Shown in pieces: positions 53,181-64,000 of a stretch of 64,000 nucleotides of DNA. The first letter of the stretch is position 1; every line of letters starts with the position of its first letter. Origin of the DNA: Octopus sinensis (Eukaryota); contig NC_042997.1 of the NCBI RefSeq assembly GCF_006345805.1, positions 1,984,001 to 2,048,000 of the forward strand. Reading direction: 5' to 3'. The notes under the pieces are model-generated. The model searched no databases. It saw nothing but the letters and a program-made list of their open reading frames with translations, and was not told where the DNA came from. The position numbers were made by a program, and so were the translations under genes.

Positions 53181-53269
53181 GTCTCAAGTTTTACAACAAA
53201 CATAATTTTCGTATTGTTTTGTAGACATTCACTAGTACAAACTAAGTACAAAACCAAATATATGGCACC

Positions 53270-53417
53270 CTAGGCATAACAGCAACATGAAATTCCAACT
53301 TGTTGCTTTGTGAGGTCTCTGGGTGAGACTTGGAGCCAACTTGTACTAATGTAAAGCAAAATTCAAACATAGAATAATAATAATAATAATAATAATAATA
53401 TTAATAATAATAATAAT
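53270..53417 (+). mobile_element. Probable LINE 3' end with (AAT)n tail
   Basis: GC-richer GTGAGGTCTCTGGGTGAGACTTGGAGCCAACTTG running directly into (AAT)n; the family (R4/Dong-like?) is not verified. Confidence 0.45.
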
Positions 53418-53540
53418 GTGGACGACTTTGCCTTTCGGGGCTGATAAATTAAGTATCTATTACGTACTGGGGTCAATATCATCGAGTGGCTCGAATCCCC
53501 CAAAATTTCGGGCCTTTTACCTAGAGTAGAAAAGAATATT
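53418..53540 (+). mobile_element. 5'-truncated SINE (25400 family)
   Basis: GACTTTGCCTTTC...GATAAATTAAGTA...CTGGGGTCAAT...AAAATTTCGGGCCTTTT...AGAGTAGAAAAG. Confidence 0.75.
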
Positions 53541-56507
53541 TCTCTTCTGATACAGAATGCTCTACACTACGTTTCCATATTTAGTTTTCAGCACCATATA
53601 TAATTTAATGCATTTTATTTAATAATTCATTTGGTCTTCTTCACTAGTGTTCGAATGAAAAACAGAGCCACTGGTGACGAAATAATATACTTAAATATAT
53701 AATTGCAATTTCGTAGGTGCTCAACAAAATATCGCCGCAATTGCAGAATTTGAAACCATTCTCAAAACATAAATTCAGAGAAATTTGTGCAAGAGAAAAA
53801 AAAATTAATGCGTACGCATGTAAAAGAACAGATACATACTCATAGCTGGTAGATAATATCGAATTATATTACATTATATCAACAGATAAATTCGAATATA
53901 TTTTGTGTGTTTGAATGCCTTTCTGTCTACCGATCTAATGATCAATATATTTTTCTTATAATCTAATAATTTTGAATTTTTTTCTATGACTATCGACAAC
54001 TACTTTAGGAAAACATTGTAGCACGTTTTGTATCAATATTTATTTTTCACCAACACAATAGTTGCAATTATTTCAAGAATTAACAGACAATCGTTACCCG
54101 AAAACATCATATTATGATATGTTGTCAATTTTTTTTTCTCTTCAATGTAGAAGAGTCTCCAGGTAGCAAACAAATACAATTACCGAAGAAAAGAAGAAAA
54201 AATTATCATCTCATTTGAAGATGCGTTTAAAGATAAACGGGCTTTGTGACGATTAATATATAAAATGCGTCATAGTTTTATATACATAAATGACAGAAGT
54301 TGTAGAAGATCAATGATAATGAATTATGTATGGAATCGCATGGTTATATATATATATATATATGTGTCTTTGTGCATACGTGTTACATCCACGATTAAAA
54401 TTGATCGAGAAACGACGAATAGCATACTAATCGGAATATATCATTACACTGCGAATTATGCAACGACATGTTATTTTTAGCAATTGTAAACGATGCATCA
54501 CTTCAATATTACCTACTTAAAAGAAATTCTAAGCTCGCTACATGTATAATCCACTGTTCAGTCTCATCACAAAATTAAACGGAAAAGAAAGTTAAATGGT
54601 GTGCTCAGAGATGCATTACAAGTCTGCAAATCAGTTAAAGAAGCAGACATGTTTTCTTCAATCGCACAAATCAAAGGGTATCACTAAAAACATTTATCAA
54701 CAGATTAGATATTTATAAGATGCATCTGTGGCACATTTGCAATACTGTTGTCTTGTGGAGATGTCCTAGTATTAGTAAATTAATTCGCTATTTTCCACCC
54801 GAGTTATGCATCAATGTGCCTCATTAAATAATTTTCACGTTTTCTCTGAACTCTTATGAGAAATGAAATGTTTCTTTTCTCTAACACACAAGTCGTTTTG
54901 CATTCGACATTCTTAGAGAAGTATTATGAAAAGTGCACGTAGATTAATCATCTGCATAATTGTACATCCTCTACTTTTATCAAATATTATCTGAATACAA
55001 ATTGTACGCTTTAATTGTATATATCACGCAATTATTTCTTTGGTGTTATTGTCAACTCCTCTCTATTTTGCAGGTTAGAAAACAAAGGTTATGAATAAAG
55101 GTGTGCATATGATTTTTGAAAAACCACTCATCAATAAAATGGTGCAAGCGATATGTTTTCACTGCCAAAGACGGGGTCTATGACTACCTCTACAATGCAG
55201 TGATCTGTTAAAATATGATAGGTAGCAATTGTACATAGCTCCTTTAATCCTCATAGATCGGTGTCATTATAGCAACTTACGGAAGTAATTTATATGAATA
55301 CAGGCAGTCTGATGACATCCTGCTGACTTGAAAATTATTTACGAGAAAACAAAGATATATTCTCTTCGGAGCATCAATGAAATCCGAAAATTATTTATTG
55401 ACTTAAATATTTACTTTATTATAAAACTGCGTGGCTTATGATCTGGATGTGCGCCATTCAAACTGTTTCCACTAGATTTAGTGTATTTTGTTTTAGAGCA
55501 TCTTAACTTTAACTTTTTTTTATATTTCCATAATAAAGGGCGTTTCTTTTCGTTGTTGTTGCCCGCTAGGAATTGATATATTATCAACTAAAATTGTAAT
55601 GAATTACAACGTTGTATATTTCTATGAAACGAAATGAGATAATTGATGTTATAGTAATGAGAAAAAAATGTTTCAACTAATAGTACATTCAAAGAATAAA
55701 TACTTTGCCGGATACTTTCATAAATGGGGTTGTTTAGTGTCACAAATGTATATTTGGAACCTCGAATTTAACGTTTAACATTTACTACTGTTCTTAGTAT
55801 ATATTACATTTTTCTCTGCTAAACAAAATTTTAAGAGTACTCTAGCTGCAAGCCTGTGGAAAGTAATAGCAGTCAAGTGGGTCTAACACTTGCAAATATA
55901 GTCGCTGAAATAGAATTATAAAGTCATATGCAAAAATTTCATTAGAACTAACTTATACCAGTCATTGTTGCTGCTTTGCTTTTCTCAAAAGGCATAATTG
56001 AGTTTTCAGTCCTTATATGCATAATATAGATAATAAAGGAAGATTACTTGAGAAAACAATGTGGAGATGAATGTTATTTATGTCTATATTAATCGCCTTT
56101 CAAGTAGAAAAGCGAAATATTATACGCCTGCAGACAGTATATGCAGAGCAATATACTTTTGATAATAAAATATATTACAGCGTGTTCCATTATAGCGTAA
56201 CGAATCTTCCTAGGTGAATATATAAGACATCGGAAAATGTTTGATAATATATGCGCGATGAACAAATGTGCTCGAATATGAAAATAAATGAATGCTCACT
56301 AAAAAGGTTAATCGAGAAAATTTCTGATTGGTTTTCTTTCATGCACACATTGAAATAAACTTTTTAATGATATACTTGTAACGAAGATGTATAAAATAAT
56401 TTATATTTCTCCTAAAGTACAAGGTGATCAATTCTTATGTGGATACATCAAATAAATGAAAGGCAAGAAGCGTTAATGTATTTGTTGTATGATTTCCGGG
56501 GAGAAAA

Positions 56508-57735
56508 TATTAGGTTCTTTCATATGCAATGTCGCATTTTGAATTATGTTATTTCAGTAATTTAAGAACTCAATTATTTATACGTTGTGTTTAATCTTGA
56601 CTCTTTTTCTTTCCCCCCAAAATATTGTTATACAAACTTCGAATCAACAGACATTATGAAAATGATAACCAAATTATGCTAAGTGATTTTCTCGTATGAG
56701 TACAAACTGGTCATTCTGGCATAGAAGTTCTACGAAATGTCAAGCGGGCCTTTGGTAATGGTTTTGAGACATCAGAATTGGTCAGAGATCGTTCCAAAGC
56801 TCTCATTCAGGAGATGATAGCATTAAAAATAAAACAAGGGCTAGGCCAAAATCAGTTATATGGCGTGATGGATTAAATGCTTTGGTTGAACAAAATTCGA
56901 GAACAAAGATTCAAAAAATTATCACCAGAGCTTGAACTGTTTTTGACGCCTGCAAAAAATTGGGCAAGTCAAGAAAACGGATGGGTTTCTTCAACCTCGA
57001 ATAAACGAGATTAAAAAAAAAAAAAAACAGACGCCTCGAAGTGTGCTCCTTATCGCTTTTTCGACTGGAAAAACTTCATTTTAGCATAAAATCATTACTT
57101 GTGATGAGAAATGGACACTCTTTCACAATACCAGGAGATCAGGACAGCGATTAGATGCAGGGAAGTCACCTATACACTACCGAAACCTACCATTGTACCC
57201 TAGAAAGATAGTGATCACTCTATAGTAGTCTGCGAATGGAGTTATTCTTTATTCATTTTGCAACAAGGAAAAACAGTAACATTACCAGGTAATTGATTGT
57301 ACGCATGAGAATTCCAGAAAGGAACAACCCAGACTAGTGAATACAGGTGGCCCAATTTTGCTCCATGATGATGCAGGTCCTCACACTCCTCAAGCAACGA
57401 TCTAAAAGTTGCAAATCTTGAATTATGTGATTTTGCAATACCCTCCCTATTCCTCTGACATCTCTCCTATCGGTCATTAAAAATTTAAGCATTTTGAGCT
57501 TTTCATAATTGATGAAACATTTTTAAATAGAAAAGAGGAAATTAAAGCATTCAGAAAGTTTATCACAGGAAAAAGATTATTTTAAAGATGGAATAAATGA
57601 CATAGAGAAACGTTGGGTAAACGTCATAAATGGGCATGGATAATACTTTGATTAAATTACATCAGTTCTCTAACACTTCTGAAACATTTTATTGTTACAT
57701 TTTAATTACGACATCTCATGTGAAGCAACCGAATA
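56508..57735 (+). mobile_element. Mariner (Mos1/Hsmar-like) transposon, full length but decayed, with TIRs and TA flanks
   Basis: IITCDEKW, LLHDDAGPH and PPYSSDISP motifs; left TA|TTAGGTTCTTTCATATGCAATGTCG vs right-end reverse complement TA|TTCGGTTGCTTCACATGAGATGTCG. Confidence 0.85.
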
Positions 57736-57861
57736 TAACATTTGATATATGCATCAGAATAACGTAAGAACACCTATGCAAAGCTGATATATAGCATTAC
57801 AAATATAGAATAATAATATGTGGAATGCAATGAAACAAAAGTATGCATGTATTATGTATGT

Positions 57862-57949
57862 ATAGCTCCGGGCCGACCAATGCCTTGTGAGTGGATTTGG
57901 TAGACGGAAACTGAAAGAGGTCTGTCGTATACATGTATAAATATATATG

Positions 57950-57993
<44 letters not shown>

Positions 57994-58197
57994 CGTTTGT
58001 GTATCTGTGTTTGTTCCCCTAGCATTGCTTGACTACCGATGCTGGTGTGTTTATGTCCCCGTCACTTAGCGGTTCGGCCAAAAGAGACCGATAGAATGAG
58101 TGCTTGGCTTACAAAGAATGAGTCCCAGGGTCGATTTGCTCGACTAAAGGCGGTGCTCCAGCATGGCCGCAGTCTGAAACAAGTAAAAGAGAAAAGA

Positions 58198-58200
<3 letters not shown>
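57862..58200 (+). mobile_element. tRNA-derived SINE lacking the head (17671 family)
   Basis: GGGCCGACCAATGCCTTGTGAGTGGATTTGGTAGACGGAAACTGAAAG, internal (TG)n, GGCGGTGCTCCAGCATGGCCGCAG, AAAAGAG tail. Confidence 0.88.
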
Positions 58201-58234
<34 letters not shown>

Positions 58235-58250
58235 AATATATGTGTTCATA

Positions 58251-58293
<43 letters not shown>

Positions 58294-59131
58294 AATACAT
58301 GTGTTCATATGATATATATATATATATATATAATATACAGATACATGGCAACATACATACAAGTATACATAAAACATACATGTATACAAACATACATATT
58401 ACCGTACGGCAACTGCTGGGTATAAGAGTTGGTAAATGGGCTTGTATCGCTTATATCATTAAAAAATGCTAAGTAAATGCACAGTATCGGTGTAATATAT
58501 ACACTTATTTCGAAAATCCTAGTGACCTGCTGATTCGATTATATTTGTTACCCGAATTCACGTACATACTGATGCCATAATACACAGCAAAATTATAGAA
58601 ACAATTTGCGCACAAACGCCCTCAGAATATTGTTTTCAGAAGGAATGGTACAGATGAGATCCTTCTAGTATTGCAACGATATTGAAGTATATGGACAAAA
58701 TTAAGAAAATAAAAAGCCGGAGGAAACCAGGTTTAGTGGAATAGTGGATTAGTGAAGAATAGTGAAATGAAGACTATAGAATCAATCGTAATAAGACAGT
58801 TTAGATGATAATGGATAAGTATGTATATAACATGGACAGTGGTAAAAGACAACTGTAAAAGTAATGAAAGATAAGCAGGCGTCGGTAACTAAGAAAGAGT
58901 CAAGAAATTTGAGAAATTATTTTATTTTAAAAAGTTGCTGCAGAGACAAAATATATAACATAGAAATGAAACTTCATCTCCTAAGTGGTATCCAGATGAT
59001 CATTTAGTGGTTCTTGTACTGTATATGCATTCAAGCTTATTCAAATGTCAAATTATAAAGAATGAAAGAATGAAGAACAGTAAAACAGGGTAAAAAGAAG
59101 CATGATAAAATTGTACAGATTAAGAGATGCA

Positions 59132-60165
59132 CTAAGCAGAGCCCGTGTTAAAAAAAAATCTTTATGAAATGTCTTCCTAAACTTGATAAATTTTCGTAAT
59201 ACTTATTTTGATTAATAATTTTAAATTTACAAGTATAACAACTTTTTTGATTCTAACAACTTCAATGACAAAACAGAAAACAAAGTTTGATAAGACGTTT
59301 TCACGTACAACATTATTAGGGTTTTTTTTTCTAATGGAGTATAAATGATGTTTTGAGATAAAAAGATTATTTTGAAGTAAGTTCCAACAAGTGAGCATCA
59401 AATCTACACTTGTCCATGATATACGCAAGGCTCATCTAATTTGAAACCATTGCATGATAATGTCTGTGTCTGAGACTTATTGATGGACATTGCCAATCTT
59501 AGTATAAATCAGTAGATGTTAAAGACTTTTTTTAAATGAATATATTATTAAATGCACCACATGCTGAGAGTAGCTTCTATAACACAGCATCATTTTTTCA
59601 CAAGTCTTGTTCCATTACATTGTTTTAGGGTATCTAAATATTTCCGAATCATTATAGATGCTCAATTTTTTCTGTCAATCTTATGAGAGCGAAAGCCTTG
59701 TCTTTCCACTGTATTTTAAAACACGGCTGGATAATTTAACATTCCTGATTGCTCAACATCATCTATAGGTTTGTGTGATTGGTAATTTCCAAGAAGGCAC
59801 ATTGGAGGATCAAAGTTTATTGCATTCACTATTACATTCTTTGGGGCTACAATTGCTCCTTGGCTTAACGATTTGTGATACTTATAATGTGCACCGATAT
59901 TTAGTATGACGTTGTTGATGATTGCACCTTCATTGTCTACAAGTACACTTACTGCTCTCAGAATTAATAATTCTAGAGCAAACTTTCCAGAAACTCTATC
60001 TCCTTGAGTTATGTTCGCACATGCGTTTCAAGCTTCAGTAGTTTTATGCAGTGGCAAAGATGAGATGCTTTAAAGCATGAATTGATTTCTTTTGCTTTTG
60101 TTCCTTTAGGAATAACTAAAAGGGTTTGCCTAAGATCACCGGTACAACTGTCATAACCTCCCTTT
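59132..60165 (-). mobile_element. Helitron remnant: PIF1-family helicase C-terminal half and degenerate 3' end
   Basis: GDLRQTLLVIPKGTKAKEINSCFKAS, AIVAPKN, CNGTRL, VIEATL, LAMSINKSQTQTL, YHGQV; ends in ACACGGGC-TCTG-CTTAGT near 59132-59149. Confidence 0.8.
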
Positions 60166-60199
60166 GTATGTGTATACATACATACATACATATATATAG

Positions 60200-60231
<32 letters not shown>

Positions 60232-60430
60232 CATATTACATACATATAGTATATACATATACATACATATATACATATATACATATATATATATATAATA
60301 TATTATACGCGTATGCATGTACATTTTATTTGTACGTACAAATATATCTTTATACATAGGCAAACATGCACAATCACACTCAAATCTACCTACCTTCCTA
60401 GCTAGCTATCTATCTATCTATCTATCTATA

Positions 60431-60481
<51 letters not shown>

Positions 60482-60488
60482 ATATATA

Positions 60489-60557
<69 letters not shown>

Positions 60558-60563
60558 CACTTT

Positions 60564-63500
60564 GATAAACTTAGACTTAGATATGTTTCAACCAAAGATT
60601 TGTCCAGGCCATGTCTAACTTAATAGCGCCACCTGATAGGATTATCTAAGTCCTGTTTAAGTCAAGTTTTGTTTACGGTCTATTCAAGTAGTGAGTTCTT
60701 GTTGGGTGAGTTGTATCTATATATGTGTGGCTAATCCGGTATTCCTTGAAGAAATCTGTCCAGTCTCCGTTTAAAGTTGAATGGATCCTTCTCCTCTCTG
60801 ATCTCTTTTGGGACAATGTTAAACAAGGCAGGGCCTGTTGAGAAAAAGAAATTATATTGCAGTGTACCTATATACTGTGATCCTGAATTGCACAGGGAAC
60901 GTATGACCGTGGTCCCAGCCTTGGATGAACTTTGAAACTAATGCTCAGTTCGTTTGTGCAAAGTTGGCGGTATATTCTCCACATCGTACAAATGATGTGC
61001 CGCTAGCGGTGGCGCGGGAGAGAGTAGAGTTGTTCAAGTCTTTAAGGCTGCCCCAATAATCAAGAGCGGTCATGCCTTCAATTCGTTTAATGAGTGCCCT
61101 CTGGGGTGATTCAATCCTCGAGGTTAAATACCGAAACAGCTTCTATCCCAGTCTGTCATCCCGGTTTCAAACAGGGAAACAAATCCTTCGCAGTCAACTA
61201 TCGCCCAATAGCACTCACCTCCCACACCATTAAAGTGTTCGAAAGAGTGTCAAGTTCAAGGATAGCTGACTTCCTAGAAACACACAATCTCCTAAATTCA
61301 AATCAGCATGGCTTTCTCTGTGGAAGATATTGTATAACACAGCTCTTGCACCACATTGAAGATATACTGAAAGCCTTTGGAACAGGTTCCAATTCTGATG
61401 TCATATATCTTGACTTCAGTAAAGCGTTCGATAGGGTTGACTATAATATCCTACTCTCAAAGCTGGCAAATATTGGAATCTATGGAAAACTTCTACACTG
61501 GATTAAGTATTTCCTGGCGAATAGAACACAACATGTAGTTGATGGAGTCCCCTGAAGCCCAGCAAAAGTCACCAGCGGTGTCCCTCAGGGGACTGTCTTG
61601 GCCCGCTCCTCTTTATAATTTACATAAATGACCTTTCCAGTGTCGTACATCACTGCAAAGAGAACATATTTGCCTTTGACACGAAGCTCTAGCAAGTCAT
61701 CAATGAAGAAGCAGACCGAACTCAACTTCAGTCTGATCTATATGCTGTGAGTAAATGGGCAGACAAAAGCAAAATGTACTGATCGAGGAATATAATAGAG
61801 GAACCGCTATAATAGAGGAACCGCTCACAGCCTCTAACAATATGGGCGTAATTGTTGTTGACAATCTCAGTTGGAGTGCCCACATCAACAATAAGGTCGA
61901 TATAGCTCGTAGGATGAACTCCTGGATCTTAAGAACCTGCCGTTCCAGAGAACAAGGTGTCATCATACCACTTTTCTCCTCCTTTGTTCGGTCACCCCTC
62001 GAATACTGCTGCCCACTTAATAATTTATTTTCCTCAACAGGCGCTGCCCTGTTTAATATTGTACCCTGTTTAATGCTCTCAACAGGTTGGTCAGAGGGAC
62101 TGCAATTTAGTCACTACATTCCTTCAGGAGACTAGCGGGGAATCTATCAGGGCCTACGGCAGAATAGTATTTGACCTCATTTATTGCTGCTATGATGTCA
62201 GAGGCAGTGAAGGTTACGTCTGAGATTTTATGTTGGGAATCAACTTCGTTCGCTTCTCTTACGTCAGTATCAGTGGGATCACTAAAGACAGACCAGTATT
62301 GTTTTTGCTGTATTTCTGCCATTTCTTTACCATCGTGTTGGGGAATGCCGTTATCATCAATCAATGGTCCAATGGGTGAGACAGTGGTTCCATGCATATT
62401 TGCATAAGAATTGAACACTTTTGTGTTCTGTTTGATGTTTTTGATTACCCACTGTTCCTCCACAGCTCTTTGTTTTTCAATGGAGGTTTTCATGTCGGTC
62501 TGCAGATGAAGTTTTCCCAACTCCAGCCTTTTCATTGTTGTTGAATGTGGATGTTATGTGGGAATATTATAATTAGTTCATTTTATTTGAGTCTTTTGAT
62601 GCGCCTGATGAGTGTTTTTTTTAATTTTTAGGGAGCAGGTTTCTGTTTGTGTTAGTGGATTTCGTAGGAGCGTGCTTTGAGCATGTATAGGTGACAATTT
62701 TATCAAAGTGCTGCTATGCGGTCTCAATTTGAGTGGAACTGAGAGTAAAAGACCAGTCGATGAAAGACAGATCCTTTCTGATTGCTCATCAGTCCGCTTT
62801 GTGGAAGTTTATGTTGCCAAATGAATGCCATGGAGTGGGATTGGTTGGTTTGGTTTTTATATGCCGGGGATTAAAATTGCAGAGTACCATGTCGTGGTCT
62901 GAGAGGATAGATTTTTCCAGCTGAAATACTGTGGACGAAGCTAGAGTGATTGGTTAATATTATATCCAATATCGTTTTATTCTGTCTTGTTGGCTCGAGC
63001 ACTAGCTGAGTCAGGAAAAAATTATCCATTAGATTAAAGAGTAATTCTGCTGCTGCTTTATCTGATATAGAGCCATTGCCTAACTTTAGAGTATTTGTGG
63101 GCCAGTTTATATGAGAGAGGTTAAAATCACCGATCACTAGTATGTTTCCGGATTTGTATTTTTGAAGGAAGGACTTGAATTTTTGGAGGCACTCTTCAAA
63201 GAAATTTAGAGGTGCTTCGGGAGGTCTGTAAAGACCGACAATGATTATGCCTTTGTAAAATATGTCCTTGGCATCAACTGAAAAGGAGTCATGGAGAAAG
63301 ATGTCTGTCCCCACTTTATTTCAGTCTGTGAGATCTGCACGGACGATGGAGAAATCTTTTATTTCCACCTCAGCATCCATATATTGTTGTTTAGGTGAGT
63401 TTCAGTAAGGATAAAGAAAGGGAAGCTATGTGCCGTTTCGGCAAGCCAACCCTCTACATATGGGATCTTCTATTTTTGGGAAATGATTGATGAGTTGATG

Positions 63501-64000
63501 CCACGTACATTTAACAGGAATGTCGAGGTAAGAGTAGTTTGATGTTTGCATTGTTCTTCGTTACGTTTTATGTTGTTCAGTGGTAGCAATGAGGGTAGTT
63601 TTTGTATGGAGCTGTGTGTGTATGATTTTCTAGTTGGTAGTGGGTGTGTGGTCCTTGTGATTTGCATAGATGGTTGTTGATAGCTCGTTGGATCTTCATA
63701 TTTTCTAGGTAAGTCAGTAAAAAAGAGTTGCCTCAGGGTTGCCACTTGGTCAGATAATGCATAGTTCATGTTTATGTTATTTGGTGTTATGATGTTTTCA
63801 TGTTTCTGTCCTAGTTTTTTGATTGTAGGAGGTGAAATGTGGTTGTATTTTGTTTTTGTTGTTGTCGTTCGTCTCCGTTGCTGTTTATATTTATTTTGCA
63901 ATCGTTTTGTGCCCTTCAGTGTTTGCATTTTGGGTTCAAGCACATCCTTAGTGACAGAGAAGTTTCGTATGCAAGAAGGTACATCCATTGCCTTTTGTGC
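60564..64000 (-). mobile_element. CR1/L2-type LINE, near full length (ORF1 end, ORF2, 3' end) with an internal inversion at about 61122-62017; continues beyond the window
   Basis: ORF1 Cys/His remnant (GNGCTFLH...), FLLNVRGIN, GLYRPP, GDFNL, VGPDRFP on minus; NYRPIAL, QHGF, YLDFSKAFD, EYCCPL on plus; RIESPQR and the 3' motif on minus. Confidence 0.93.

Noticed and set aside
63470-63988. 172-aa ORF as a novel protein
   Set aside because: It is the frameshifted LINE ORF1 end running into the ORF2 start (FLLNVRGIN).

Overview
AT-rich, microsatellite-dense eukaryotic DNA. The tRNA-derived SINE families and the (TA)n/(CA)n/(ATCT)n density look like an octopus genome; this is inferred from memory of those repeats, not from a database search. 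I could not support any intact host protein-coding gene, and most ORF-track entries are microsatellite translations. The window is a mosaic of decayed mobile elements: two long copies and one 3' stub of a CR1/L2-type LINE, two L1/Tx1-type LINE remnants, at least six Penelope-like (PLE, RT + GIY-YIG) fragments from two families, mariner/Tc1 transposons, a Helitron helicase remnant and about ten SINEs. There is one 100-bp N gap. The most interesting signals are: (1) a PLE terminal repeat with six ATTGG-N12-TGACGTC (CCAAT + CRE) modules followed by TATA, Inr, a Kozak ATG and a splice donor; (2) a set of minimal type-I hammerhead-ribozyme-like folds with palindromic stem III and non-canonical cores; (3) three separate inversion or fold-back rearrangements, each with a CTCGAG palindrome at a junction; (4) a roughly 80% AT tract that keeps an excess of CpG.
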